Below, one piece after another: positions 9,847-22,154 of a stretch of 34,099 bases of DNA (position 1 is the stretch's first letter; each line of letters begins with the position of its first letter). The position numbers and the translations under genes are program-made. The notes under the pieces are model-generated. The model was not told the origin of the DNA. It did no database searches and saw only the letters and a list, made by a program, of their open reading frames with translations. Source of the stretch: Mesotaenium endlicherianum (taxonomy: Eukaryota). Location: positions 78,477 through 112,575 of the forward strand of contig WELA01002438.1 of assembly GCA_009602735.1 (NCBI GenBank). Direction: 5' to 3'.

Positions 9847-12840
9847 TCAGCTTCCACATAGTGGATGGTGGTAGCAGCGTGCATACCAGGAAGTGTAGGG
9901 CGCATTCCTCTTCTGTTCCGCGGAGGCGACCACCACCTTCGGATGCTCCGCATCGACGGCATCCACGTCGTCCCACTTGGGCACTGCAAGCGCGCGCACA
10001 CACATATCCACACACACACACACACACATACAGACACACACAAACATACACACGTGCGCACGATCTCAGGGCAACATAACAGGGCAAGAGCATAACGCAC
10101 GCCACGCAGGGCCCCGCTCTGAAGCACACACTAGCAATGCGCCCCAAGGCCTCCACCCCAGCCCTGGGTGAAGAGCCTCAAGAGCTCAGCTATGCCCATC
10201 TTGGTGTGAAAACATGTAAACCAGAAGCAGCCCCACTTCTCATCCGAGCACCACCACATGTCTCGTACAAATGACGGTTGCAGAAAGAGCTGACAGCGCC
10301 CACCACACCTCTCGTGCCAAGTGCAAAAACATTTGCCTACGACGCACCCACCAGCACTAACTGCCCCTCTCAGTGGCCACGCTCGACACGCTCTGGGGTC
10401 TGACAGGCACGCGGACATGGGATAATAATTGCAGTTTTAGGCTCAGATCGAAGTCCCCGACAATAGTACAAGGATGTTAGTACAAGGGTACCAAACAATT
10501 TGTAGCACAAAACACCGCGTGAGGGAGAAAAATATCAAGCGCTGAACGCCACACAAACGCCCACGGGGAAAGGGGGGGTAGGGAAGGGGGGTTTTGATAG
10601 GGCAACGTTTGCTGCTGACCTGGCATTCAGTATAGGCTACCCCCAACAGCACCCAGGGCTCCTTTGAGCGCCAGCGTGGCAGCAGCCCCTCTCGGAATCT
10701 GCCCGGCTCCACACTGGGGGGAGCATTCGACGCGCCCCTAGCGGCAGCAGCAAGGCCAGCTGTCACTTTTGACGGCCCCACAGGCTTGCCATTTGGTAGC
10801 CCTGCTTGAGGCGTGGTCACCCCTGCATCCTTTTGCGGAAGCTTGCCACCTGTCACGCCAGCATTGAGCCCGTCGCTGATGGCTGTCCTTCTTGGTGTCC
10901 CTCTGCCGCCGGTCTCATCAGAGTCTGAGTCCCCAGTGGCACTGCCACCTGTCGCCTCGATGTCCTCCGACTCACAACTACTGCTGGAGCTTTCTGAATG
11001 ACCGGCAATACACGCGACGCCATTGGTCAGCCTGGGCCCATAGACCTTCAACTCTTCCGCAGGGTCCGCCTCGTCATTGTCAAATGCCCCACTGGCACCC
11101 GCCACATCACCAACATGATTCACAGTGCCACGAAGAAGACCCTCTTCGCGCCACCCTCCCCAGAAACAGGCGAGGGGAGCTTATCAGCCGCCAAAACCTT
11201 CCCGCCAATTGCAGCAGCCACCCGCGAAGCCCTCACAAGCTCCCTCGCTGCCGGCAAATCTCCCCCCAATTGCCCCCACCCTTCTCCCCATCCTCACTCC
11301 CCTTGGCAGTCATTATCCTCTGCTTCTTTGTCTTCTTGTGTACCCCCTCAACACCACTAACAGCAGCAGCAGCAGCAGAGGCAGAAGCAGCAGCAAGAGC
11401 TCCTGCCACAACCCCCTGCTTCTCCTGCCCCTCCTCCTCATGCGCAGCTCGAAGCCTCCTCTTCCCCCGCTGATTCAGCGCCACCTCCTCATCCTCTTCC
11501 GCCTCCACCCCCACCCCAACCCCCGCGCCCGCACCTGCCCGAGCTTTGAGCCCAGTCAGCGCCCGCCGCCCAGCCAGCAAAGCCCCCCCCGCACGCGCGG
11601 GGCCAACGACCGCCAGGGACGGTGGCCTGCCAGCTGGCACGCTGACCCAGCGCCGGATCTGCCTCATGGCGCGGGCGGCGCGCGGCTGCACGCAAGCCAT
11701 GGTGAGGAAGTAGCGGCGCATGGAGGGGATGAGCCCCACGAAGCGCATGTAGCTCCGCCTCCCCCCCCGCCCGGGCGGCGCCAGCTCCGCTAGCCGCAGG
11801 TAGTACGCGTCCCAGTCGGCCGCACTCCCCTCCTCCTCCTCTCCCTCCGGCTCCTCCGCTTCCCTTCGATGCTGCTGCGGCTGCTGCTCCGTCGCCTTCG
11901 CCGTTTTTGTCAGCTTGCAGTCCAACAGCTGCTCACTGCTCCTCCCACTGGGGGGTGCCTCTGCCCCCTCCTTCTCCTCCTCCACCTCCGCCTTCTCCAT
12001 GTCCCCCTCTGCACCCAAACTACCATCACCCGGGTCCGTGTCGTCATCATCTTTGTCACTGTCCCTTCCGCTAGAGGAATCGTCTTCGGCAACTATGCTC
12101 CTCCCCTGCCCGCCCTCATCCTCCTCCTCCTCCTCCTCCTCATGGGGAGTCCTGAGCGTGCAGCCTCCTGAGCATCCTGGGCCTGCTTCCTCCCCACCAC
12201 GGTCTGGCCCTGTTCAGCGCCACTTGTCGCAGGAACAATAACAGGGGCAGCAGCAGCCCCAACACCAGCAGCAGGCGACGCCCCACGTGGAACTGACACT
12301 CCAACCACGTCAGTGCCAGCTGTCGTCCTGTGCGGAGCAGTTTCCTCCTTTTTTGCCTCATTCTCTCCTGCACCACCATTCATCTTCGGCTCCCCCTCCG
12401 CTGACTCAGCAAGTGCGGCACGGGCAAGGCTTTGACCGGCATCCTTTGCCGAAGGGGTGTCAGCTGGCAGCACGCCATTGGCTGTGGCTTTTGTAGCAGC
12501 CACACGGGCGGCCCCTGCTCCCCTAGCCACGCGTGTGCGAGAGGGACAGCTGGCTTGTACATGCTCCTGCGCTCCTACTGCTGCGCCTGCTGCTGCACAC
12601 AAGGGGGGCTGCAGCCCCGTCGACGTTGACGCTGCTGCATCCACGGCAGACGGAGCCCCCAGCAGCCCACTGCTGGAGGTTGCCGCTGACCTCACAGTTA
12701 CCAGCCGCGCTATGCTTGTTGCAGCGCCAGCAACAGCAGCAGGAGCGAAGTCGAAGGGGGAGCGGGAGCGGGCCAGGGATGAGCATGCTGGGGGGCAAGG
12801 GCATGCAGGTGCGGGAGAAGCATCCTGAGCGACGAGGAGG
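9847..12840 (-). pseudogene. Degenerate coding region for a long Ala/Gly/Glu/Ser-rich disordered protein with two globular-looking segments; possibly the 3' part of the adjacent F-box gene
   Basis: Same-strand ORFs 12093-12695, 11233-12018 (its frame is open back to about 12210 and includes a poly-Glu run) and 10443-11123 abut each other through frameshifts. There is a donor CAG|GTCAGC near 10620 and an acceptor TTGCAG| near 9985 preceding PKWDDVDAVDAEHPKVVVASAEQKRNAPYTSW. Confidence 0.5.
9998..10055. repeat. Imperfect (CA)n microsatellite, intronic, next to the acceptor at 9985
   Basis: Direct inspection. Confidence 0.9.
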
Positions 12841-14378
12841 GGGGAAGTGGCGCTGCCTGCAGGAGGACACTGCTGCTTGGAAGGGCCACTTCCAACCTGG
12901 CAGCAGCATCGAGGACACCGAGGGGGGCACTGCCAAGCAGCGCATCCGGAGCTCGGAAATGGCTGCCAGCTGTCGCAGGAAGGGCTGCTGAAGTGCGAGC
13001 GTTGATGCTGGCTGCAAACTCCAGCCAGCCTGGCATTGCTTGTCTCACCAGCATTTGCAACACGGATTGGATGGAAGGGGGGGGCTCTGCTGGCCGTGGC
13101 CGTGGCCGCCGGTGCCGCGGCGCGTCGTGGAACAGCTGTCGCTTCATGTCAAACGGCATGCGAGAGCAGGGCAGCCCCGCCGCGAAGTACTCTGCGAAGC
13201 TCCGGAAGCGGCGCACGCCGAGGTACGAACAGTAGCAGGTCAGCGAGACTGCTGTGGCGGGGCTGAGGGCCAACAGCCCCTGGAGGGAGGCCAGCACCAT
13301 GCAGCAGTCGACGTTGAGCACCTTGAGAGCAGGCATGCAGCCGATGTCGCACACGGCGCCGCTCTCTGCCATGTGGAAGAGCGTGAGGGACGTGAGCCCC
13401 GAGAGGTGGCTGCCGAGCTTCGGCCACAGGGGCGTGTTTGTGAGCGCCAGGTCCAGGGAGCGGAGCGCGGGCGTGAACGCAAACAGGCCGTACTGGCGGT
13501 GCCGGCGGGACTCGCGCAAGTCGTCCAGCCGCGCCTGCGGGAGGGGGCCCCCCTCGTGCTCCACACCCACGTGGAGCTGCAGGTCCTCCAGCAGGGGCAG
13601 GGGTGCACGCAGCGGCGGCAGCCAGTCGCAGCGGAGGCGCAGCTTGCGCAGGCGCGGGTTGAAGACGGCCCTGGCCAGGCTCTCCCGGGCCGCCTCCGAG
13701 CCTGAGCAGTTCTCGTACTGGAGCGTCAGCGAGGTGAGCGCGCGCAGGCTGGCCACGGCCCCGAGCTCGGCAGCGCCGACTTCAGAGGGGAAGTCCAGGC
13801 GCAGGTGCAGCTCCCGCAGCGGCTGCAGGGCCGCCAGGGAGGGCAGCATGCGCCGGGGATACTCCCAGCGGCCGCTGCTGGGCACGCTGTCTGCGAGGGT
13901 CAGCTGGAGCGCCCTCAGGCTGGTCCTGTGGGAGAAGAAGTGCGCGAGGTCTGGCAGGCTTCCCCCCTCCCGGCAGAGCTCCACGTGGAGCGAGGTGAGG
14001 AGGGGGAACCCCTCGGTCAACCCCCTCAGGAGCTCGCCGTCGAAGAAGACGAAGGGCGACGGCCCGTCGGAGCGGGAGAAAGAGCCCCCCAGGCGCACGT
14101 GCGTCACGCTCCTGTACACGCGCAGCTCGTCCAGGGCAGACGCCACGTCGGCGTTGCTGCCAGCGAGGCGCACGCGCTTGTGGGAGCAAGTTATGACCCG
14201 GCTCCACGTCCGGCAGACGCCCCTGCAGGCACGAACTCGCTTCTCCTCGACTGAGCCCTGCTCGTCGCGAATGGCTGCCTGCAAAATGGGCTCCAGGGAT
14301 TTCTTTGGGAAGGTCCTCCATTCCAGTGGCCTGACGGCGCTGGCTGCAGCCCCCCGGACCCTCCGACTGCCTTGCCAT
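12710..14378 (-). pseudogene. F-box/LRR (RNI-like) protein with a 1-nt frameshift inside the F-box
   Basis: Removing one G from GGG at 14296-14298 gives MEDLPKEILEPILQAA...RACRGVCRTWSRV (F-box consensus LPxEILxxI...VCRxW). The long high-GC3 ORF then has LRR-like LxxLxL units (FPLLTSLHVE, TSLRALQLT, QPLRELHLR, RALTSLTLQ, PRLRKLRLR, PALRSLDLA, PALKVLNVD). Confidence 0.8.
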
Positions 14379-14846
14379 GGCGATGCAGGTCTCTCTCTCT
14401 ATTTATATTTCAAGCCGCCGTCTGATGCTTCCCTGCTCTGGAAAAGCAGCAGCATCTGCCTGCCATATAAAGAACATACCCAAGATGGTCAATAACTTTA
14501 CATGGGCATAGGCTGTAAGAATATAAGAAACACAAAGGGAAACACATGGAGGAGTGAGAGAGAGGCAGGAAGTGAGGAAAGAACGTCCTATAAGGGGGGA
14601 TGAGTAGGGAAACCATACTTCACATAAGCGTCGCTTGAACGAATCTGATGGGCATTTCTCCGAACAAGTTCATATCCGCAGCAGGCCTTTTTGGTACAAT
14701 GAGCGTAAGCAGAAATGCGGGAGCACAACATCTAAAGAAACGGGAACCGCCGAAGTTCTTAAATGTCCGTAAGCATGCACGTAACAAGCTCACAGCCCAC
14801 TGCTTTCCGTGGAAGAGAAAGGAGAGGCGCTTTTGACCATTTTTGA

Positions 14847-15417
14847 TGGACTCCAGCTTCGGAGTTCTTAGCGGAAGCCGGCGACCTGGCGGACCCAGCC
14901 AATCGTGTGCTACCATGTGCGACCAGTCTTGTGCTCGTAAGACTAAATATGCGAGTGCTCACGAGTCTTCACCAACCTCGGCCGACCGAACTGGACTGAA
15001 GTCCATGTTAGCACTAAAGCACGAGTCCATAGCACACTAAACACTGTATACAGCACTATGTATACTGTGATTGTGCCTGTAACGGAGGCTGGGACTGGGC
15101 TGGGATGAGCTGGGGATGAGCCCAGAGCCGTTACATCCCGACAAGTGGCGTGCCTGTGCATGCCTGGTCGGCGTCGGACCTCTGCCATGGCCTCGTGCTC
15201 TGACGAGTCTAGTCCAGTCGAGTGAGACGAGAGCGGCCTGCCAAACCTGGATCTAACCTTCAGGACCGTCAACAGCAGTCAAAAGAGCAAACTCCATCTT
15301 TTTGTCGAAGTCGCGAGTAATTACCGCCCACGCAGTGCTGTTAAAGTTGGTAATAACGCAGGCGCAGCAAGGGCAAGCAACAGCGGCTTTCGCCAAGAAC
15401 TCCGAAGCTGGAGTCCA
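14847..15417. mobile_element. MITE-like element of 571 bp with 34-bp terminal inverted repeats
   Basis: 14847-14880 tggactccagcttcggagttcttagcggaagccg matches the reverse complement of 15384-15417 with 2 mismatches. No recognisable internal protein and no target-site duplication seen. Confidence 0.6.
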
Positions 15418-17039
15418 CGCGATTAGATGCAGCCGTAGCAGCGCCAGACCGCAAGGGGTGCCGCTTGGCACCTGTGCTGGAAGGCAAGTAGTGCACTAGG
15501 CTGGAACTTCGTGACTCCCCCCTCAGCTGCGCTATGATCTGGAACTGCAATCTGTAAATTTAACACTGACAGAACAGGTGGCGCAATAGTACTAGGCTGC
15601 ATTTATAATGATGTCAAGTCAGGACATGACCTCTTAAAAGGTAACTTCTTAGGCAATGAAGTCCAGAGAATATATTCAATACTGCACATTATAGTGGTTG
15701 ACCTGTGACGAAGCATGTTGCCTCGCAAGTAAGCCTCTGTGCTTGAGAGTCCCTTCCGCTTTAGAGTCTTCTGTGATGCCCATGACCATCGCCTTATTTT
15801 CACAACTTTTGCACGGGCTTAGTAAGCTGCCTCATGTACTTTAGCGTCACTAATTTTCACCCTTTACAGATAATGTAAGAAGTTCTAGGCTGATACACAA
15901 AATGTATGCATTCACGATGAAAAGTACCTTCGCGATTTTCTCATTATCGTGTGATTATCATGATCATTAGTCTTGACAGGTGCCTGAGGCCCACATCTCA
16001 CACCCAAGTGCACATTTCGTATGATTTGTAGCAGCAAGGAGCTGCTTCAAAGTTGCATGTTAGATGTTTAGATGGGACCCTTACGATCCTGGTTTCCACA
16101 TTAACAATACGTGCACATATACATGCCCATACAAAAACATGGAGATTGATCTGACGATCTAGTTGAAAGTCTGTGCGCGGGCAAATAAAATGTATGCCAC
16201 AATGAGCATGTTGATGATTGTGCTCCTGTCCCATGTCTATTATGTAGTTTGGAGATTTTACAAGGTGCGGTCCTTTTACTTGGCTCTAGTGCGATGGGGA
16301 ACGTGAGGACGCTACTTATGTAGAGAATTACCTTGATAATATGGAACCTCATCAAGCACACCAGATTGCCACACTAATTGCCTGTCAATGGTGACACGAA
16401 AACTTGAATCCATTGGCTACAACTACACTACTTCTAGGCATCAAATTCACGAGCCTAGCAAATGCTCTACATGCCATTGCGGACTTCAACATATGCCCTC
16501 TATTGTAGAAATAGAACAGAACAAAGTTGTGAAGTAAAAAGCTAGCACAGCATTAGTCAATTGACGAGTACAAACTAAAAAGGGGACATTCGTCCAACTT
16601 GATGCAAGCTTCAAGAATCGAATTGTACTCACGCAAAGCAAGCAAGTATACACTTCCATGATGGCACATAAGATACTTTGTTACTGCTCAGGATGTCAAA
16701 CATGGGTGCACAAGTGATCAGGATGATATTTTCAGTATGCTGGTCTTATCGAGCAATGCATGCAAGCACCTCCAAGGTTGCGATGAGCACAAGCATGTTC
16801 TGTTGCAAACGGATGGACTTGATAACCTTTCAAGTTTCTGCGTAAGATAGCCCTTTCAAAACTCATTAATAGCAGCAACTAATCGATGATTTTTAGCAAA
16901 CAGCACAAATACTAACCAAAACACCACATTTGAAACATTGAAAAATAAAAATAATAGCATCGCAACTTCGGCTGCCACGGTAAGAACTGCACTTTTACAG
17001 TATGAACCTTTGAGAAACTCAAGACAAACAACTTTGGCT

Positions 17040-20000
17040 TCAAAACAGGTCCACTCTTTTCTTTATTTTGAACAGAAAAACAGGGTCCCGCCAATCATCT
17101 TGTGGCACTTGCACCATAAGCTGGGCTTTAAGTTTCTTAGGGGCAGCCTTAGCACCTGCGTCTTCCTCCCCCAGCTGCACACGAGACCTCCAGGTACAAA
17201 CATCTCAGAGCAACACCCCTTTGAGAGCATGAGGGTAACCAACCTCAATTGTCTCCAATTAGCAGCTGTAGATTCCGGACTGGGAGACAAGCAGCAGGCA
17301 ACAAGCAGCAGGCAGGGGCGAAGTTTTTATGTAACTCGAATCTGACAAACTTACCTCTTGGGCATAACTTGCGATAACGCGGGAGTAGGAAGCCCACTTT
17401 ACAAGTAAAGCTCGTGACACTCATACAACACATAGTCTTGCATGCATTTGCCACACACCACACCAGGGGAGTCGCAAACAGATACACGGAGTTACTAAAA
17501 GACAGGGAGAGGGTGCAAGCTCACCCAGAAGCAGCCCCAGAGGAGGCGCACACGGGAGTCGTAGCCGATCTTGGACTTGAGATTGGGCGGCATCTCGTAC
17601 TTGTACACCACGCTGGTCACCACGTCCCTGAAGTCGTACATGAGGCTGCACCACACGGAACCAAAAATACATCAACTAAGGGAAAGCACCCACGCGCTCA
17701 TCCCCCACGCATGCGGCGCCCCTCGAGCAACAAGAACCTTTAGCCACTTGCAGCCACTCTACCCCTTATGTGCTGAGCCCGCAACGGTCACCGACCCGCG
17801 GCAATGGGGGACCTCCAGAGTTGGAGCACACACATAGAAGAGGAATACATCATCCAAGGAAGGGAAACTTTCAATAGTTGATGCTGGGCATCTTGCAACC
17901 TGCTTAAAAGACACGTGGAGGACACGGAAGGTGCCGAGAAGACAGCAAGCTTTCGCGAGGGTGGCAAGGAGGAAAGAGAAAGAAAAGGTACTGCTGGCGG
18001 TTGCCTGCCAACCTAGCAAGCTCCCTTTGCCACAGAGGAGAAGCGAGCGCCTCACGCTTCTGGAAGCACATCCTGCTTCTTCCAGAACCACCTCCAGCAC
18101 CTGATATAATGTACATCGAGGCCACGCAGCGGACCCCTCTCCGCTCCGCACCTGAGCTTGTTGGAGCGGTTGAAGCGGCGCTTGAAGGTGATCATGACGT
18201 CCTTCTGGGGCAGCCTCATGGCCGGCGTCACGGTGATCTCGTCATCCTGCACACCCCCACCCCCACCCACGCTCATGCTCACAGTTGCGCCGCACGCTCA
18301 GTTCCCGCCGGTGCCGGCGTCACGGCAATCTCGCCATCCTGCATTCTGCACGCACAAGCTCATGCTCACAGCCGCGCTGCGCGTTTGGTTCCCGTCGGTG
18401 CAGCATCCGCTTCTATCGCAGTGTTCACTATGTTTTCTTGTGAAGATCACCCTGCTGCACATTGCCGCGCGCGTTTCAGGAGCGTGCATGCGCGTACGAG
18501 CTGCTCCTGAAAGGAGGCGCCTCCCGCTCTCTCAACTATTTTCAAAGGTGACAAGCGGCACCCACGATGGACCCACCATGCACCCATGGGTTGAGGTCAA
18601 GCGGGCGTGCCTCTGCAACGATGCAAACTGGCTGCTAGAGGGTCGTTTCAATATGTGCTGGCTTCTTTGATCCATCACAGGAAGAGTCGGCTTCATAGAG
18701 ATTTAGCAGGAGAAGGGATAGATGTGCTGAAGGCCTTATTGAGATGAAGCAAGGGGGTAAGCTGCATATGAGTTGGCATCGCTGATGCTTGTGTGGGACG
18801 CACATCCGAAAGCATCCCACACGAAGAGACTTGCTCAGACTACAGGACTGTGGCTCGGAGAGTCAGAAGCTGCCTCCATCTCATGGTGCTTGGAGTGTCA
18901 CCGGTGCTACCAGGGCAGACAGAGACCTAGAAGCTCGATGCCGGGAGAGCATTGGCCAACACTCAAGCTCTAGAGTGCCCAGACCCCAGAACCTTGTGTT
19001 ATGTCGTGGGTGATATACGAGGGACTAGCAGACAGAATGGGACCAGGTGATGTACTTGCAGCCCCAGCTGTCAAGTATGCTCGCTCACTCAGTCGGGTGT
19101 TCGCACAATGTTCATCAGAAGCAACAGAAACACCGGCACGAGCTCAAGCATGTCGGAGCTGAGGATCAGGAAGGGAGGCTGCCAACCTTGTAGGTGTATC
19201 TGACGTCGAGAGACTCGTCCGGCTGAGAGTAGTCGGCGTAAGCCAGGCCTCGCAGAACTGGCACCGCCAGGCTGGCACTTACTCCCGGGGCCTCGCCATA
19301 CTCGTCATCCGAGTCTGGCACATACGTCACTTGGCCGTAGGGGAAGCTGACCGTGGCCCTTGTCTGCATAGCCAACATGCAAAGAGAAAATGATCACCAG
19401 CCGACAGTGCCAGCGTTATGAGTCAACAGGTAGTTGTGAGCTTGTGGACCTCTCAAAACTCACGCCAGTATGCAATTATTCTCGCAATTTACCTCTTGGT
19501 GTAGTATACACATATGACCCGCGTGACCAAGACATGCACATCAATAACATTCTAAGTTTACTACTTTTGAGAGTACTACAAGAGCAGGTTGATAAATTGT
19601 GGATAAGAGGAAGACACTGACTGCGTCCAGTCGACTGGCCATTATTTGATTTGCAGCCCTTGCCGCCCCCACAAGCATCAACTTCTACAGTACCCTTGTT
19701 TTTATCAGATTCGTAGTAGCTGCGTAGCACCTACTTGGGTAAGTAAAGCCTGGCATAGGTATCACAGCAGACCTAAGAAGACCTTTGCAATCCTGCAGGC
19801 TCTCCCTTGACCTGAATGGAGATGCAGTACATGCACGCGCAGCAACCATGTCTAGCTGATCCAGCTCCGTGACATTGGATTCATGTATGCCTGCATGGAA
19901 CAGCTCTATACCACAAAGAGAAGCCACTGGACAAGCAGCTGGTAGCGTGCAAGATTTATGTGCAAAACCACCTCAACTAAGACAGCAAGCAGCTCCCTTA

Positions 20001-21174
20001 TATTTATTGATAGCTTACAAATGCCTCGGGCCGGATGTTGAATGACGCGTCTGCTTTGTATGTGCGGTCTTCTGTTTGAAGAGTGGTATGTAGTGTCCCT
20101 TTCTTTTCCTGCACTCATAGCAGCAGCTATCAATCAATAGCTATTCCCAAACACCGTCTTTCTGTCCTTATTGTCGTCCAAGCGCTTCATTAGGGAGGAA
20201 CTACAAGCTACACTCCAGTATATGATCTGAATCCTTCTGAGGTTGCACCTCACTTGCTGCTCAAACCATTAAAAATCTTCCTGCCACATTGTGGCGTCCA
20301 GCGACACGCCTTGAGCACTGAAGCTTAAGTGATTTCCGAACAGTGCCTTTTGACTGGCCTAAAGTTCCAGCGACACGAGGAAGGCTACAACTAGCATCAG
20401 GGGCAAAGTTTGTAGCTCAGAATATTGACCAGATGCTCTTAGAAACTCCAGAAACTCACACTACTTTCCACTATACAGCAGACAAAGTGACATTCTCAAG
20501 AAGTGGTACTTATACATTGTAATACAAAGGGTGTGGCGTATGCTCCTCAACATAGATTAGAGAGCTAATGTGGCTAAGCTAAATGAGCTGATTGAGCTGA
20601 TTGAGCTAATTGGACCACATCATAGCACCCCATACCTGGACATCATGTCGATAGGTGAAGTGGAAGAAGTTCTTTAGGTTCCCATTGAGGGTTACTAGAG
20701 CATTCTTGTCCTCCACATCGTAGTCTACTGCCACATGTTTCGTAAAGATTCCTAGAAGGGGATACTGTGCCTTGCCATCCAGAGTCATCTGCATAACAAA
20801 CAAACCGCCATCCTCTGTCACTTCCAGTAACCTGCTTGGTCAACTCCCTCCCACGTGTAATCATGCCAAGACTATGCAAGAGGAGATATGTGACATTGTT
20901 CAAGGAGAATGTATAATACTAGGAGGCTGCCAACTCAAGTTCTTTAATTGATCTCATTAGAGAGCTTTCTCATGTGGTTGCCGGAATCACAACTGCCACC
21001 GATGAATAGAAGCAAATCAATTGCCCCAGACATAATCCACTAGGGACGCCCAGCTGACATTTGGAGGGCTACCTGTACTCTCGCCTTGACTTTTGCCACG
21101 CCATTGAGCACCTGGGACGAAAATTTATGAATGAAATAATTCACTTCACTATCGAACTCAGAGGAGAGCTTCAT
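17040..21174 (-). CDS. OEP37: Chloroplast outer envelope pore protein 37, 290 aa; exons 21174-21073, 20788-20636, 20108-20019, 19363-19187, 18246-18152, 17645-17525, 17174-17040
   Basis: All introns are GT-AG and the frame is intact. Motifs MKLSSEFDSE, FTKHVAVDYDVEDKNA, RATVSFPYG, RYTYKDD, FKRRF..SNKLS, KIGYDSRVRLLW and QLMVQVPQDD..FKIKKRVDLF match plant OEP37. ATG 21174 has an in-frame stop three codons upstream. Confidence 0.93.
18268..18393. repeat. Diverged direct duplication within an OEP37 intron
   Basis: gctcatgctcacag...gttcccg occurs at about 18271 and 18358. Confidence 0.55.
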
Positions 21175-22154
21175 CCCCCCTCGTCAACCTTCTCTTAATA
21201 ACCCATTCAAGGAGTACCTGATAAAGTACACAAGCTTCCGCAGAGTTTCAGCTGAAAGGTGTCCACAGAAGCATAATGGCTAATATAACCAACCAAGTTC
21301 CACGGAACCAATAGCCCGAAGACACTAAAGGAGCTTACTGTTAAGACACTAGGGGAGCTTAACGTCACAATATGCAGCCCTCAGCGTCTGAGTCAAGGGA
21401 ATTAGTGCAGCATTGACAGCCATGGCAATTCTAATATTGCACCTTATCCACTAAGTTGAGGTGTTGATATTCCAGTCGACGCACAGCTAGGACGTGTAAA
21501 ATGTGGACCTAGCTAGACAGGATGGTTTCCACTGGTTTCCACTTTCAACTTCGTTGCGGAAAAGACGACGATTTCGACTGATTTCGACAGTCACAAAGTC
21601 GGCCAATGAGAGCAAATCACGAGACTCCGTTGACCCTTACCCGACTGTATTTGAAAGTCAATTGTGACGTCTTCCACTTACCCCTTGTTCCCCCTAGTTT
21701 CCCCTAGGATTTGCCTCGAATTTCACACCTGCCAACCCCGCCCGTGGGTGAAATTTGTCCGTCCAGGCGCCAACCAAATTCGAAATTGTTGGGAGTACCA
21801 GGTTGTGACTTCGCACCAATATTCTCCCCCCATAATCAACACATACTGGGATGTAAAAATTAGCAACGTTCTTAGTTCTTTTGGGTTTGTTGGTGTTGTT
21901 TGTCGGGATTCCTGAGGGGAAAATAGCAGACACTACACTCGAATTTATACTGCCGGACATAATTTAGTACTCTTCGCCACTCAGCTTTACTGTGTGATGT
22001 GGCCAGGCGCTAGAGCTCTTCTCTTTGTGCGTTTGTGATTATGTTCCGCCAGCATAAGAACCTGCTTAATATACAATATTTACGACAATTACAATCATGA
22101 TGAACATTTTTCAACTTGAGCTGCGACCAGTTTTTGTCGAGTACCGTCAGTATC
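21175..22154. promoter_or_regulatory. Head-to-head intergenic region (980 bp between start codons) shared by OEP37 and PSF3
   Basis: The two ATGs are divergent. An E2F-like GGCGCCAA lies at 21766-21773. Transcription starts cannot be determined from the sequence. Confidence 0.55.

Noticed and set aside
13040..14495. Long plus-strand ORFs (13254-14495, 13040-13705, 13805-14254)
   Set aside because: Antisense shadows of the GC-rich F-box/LRR frame, with no recognisable motifs.
16040..16540. Ubiquitin-like start (KLHVRCLDGTLTILV) and other short frames downstream of OEP37
   Set aside because: The similarity does not extend and all frames have many stops.
19600..19930. Short ORFs inside an OEP37 intron
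   Set aside because: The OEP37 model is complete without them and they show no motif support.
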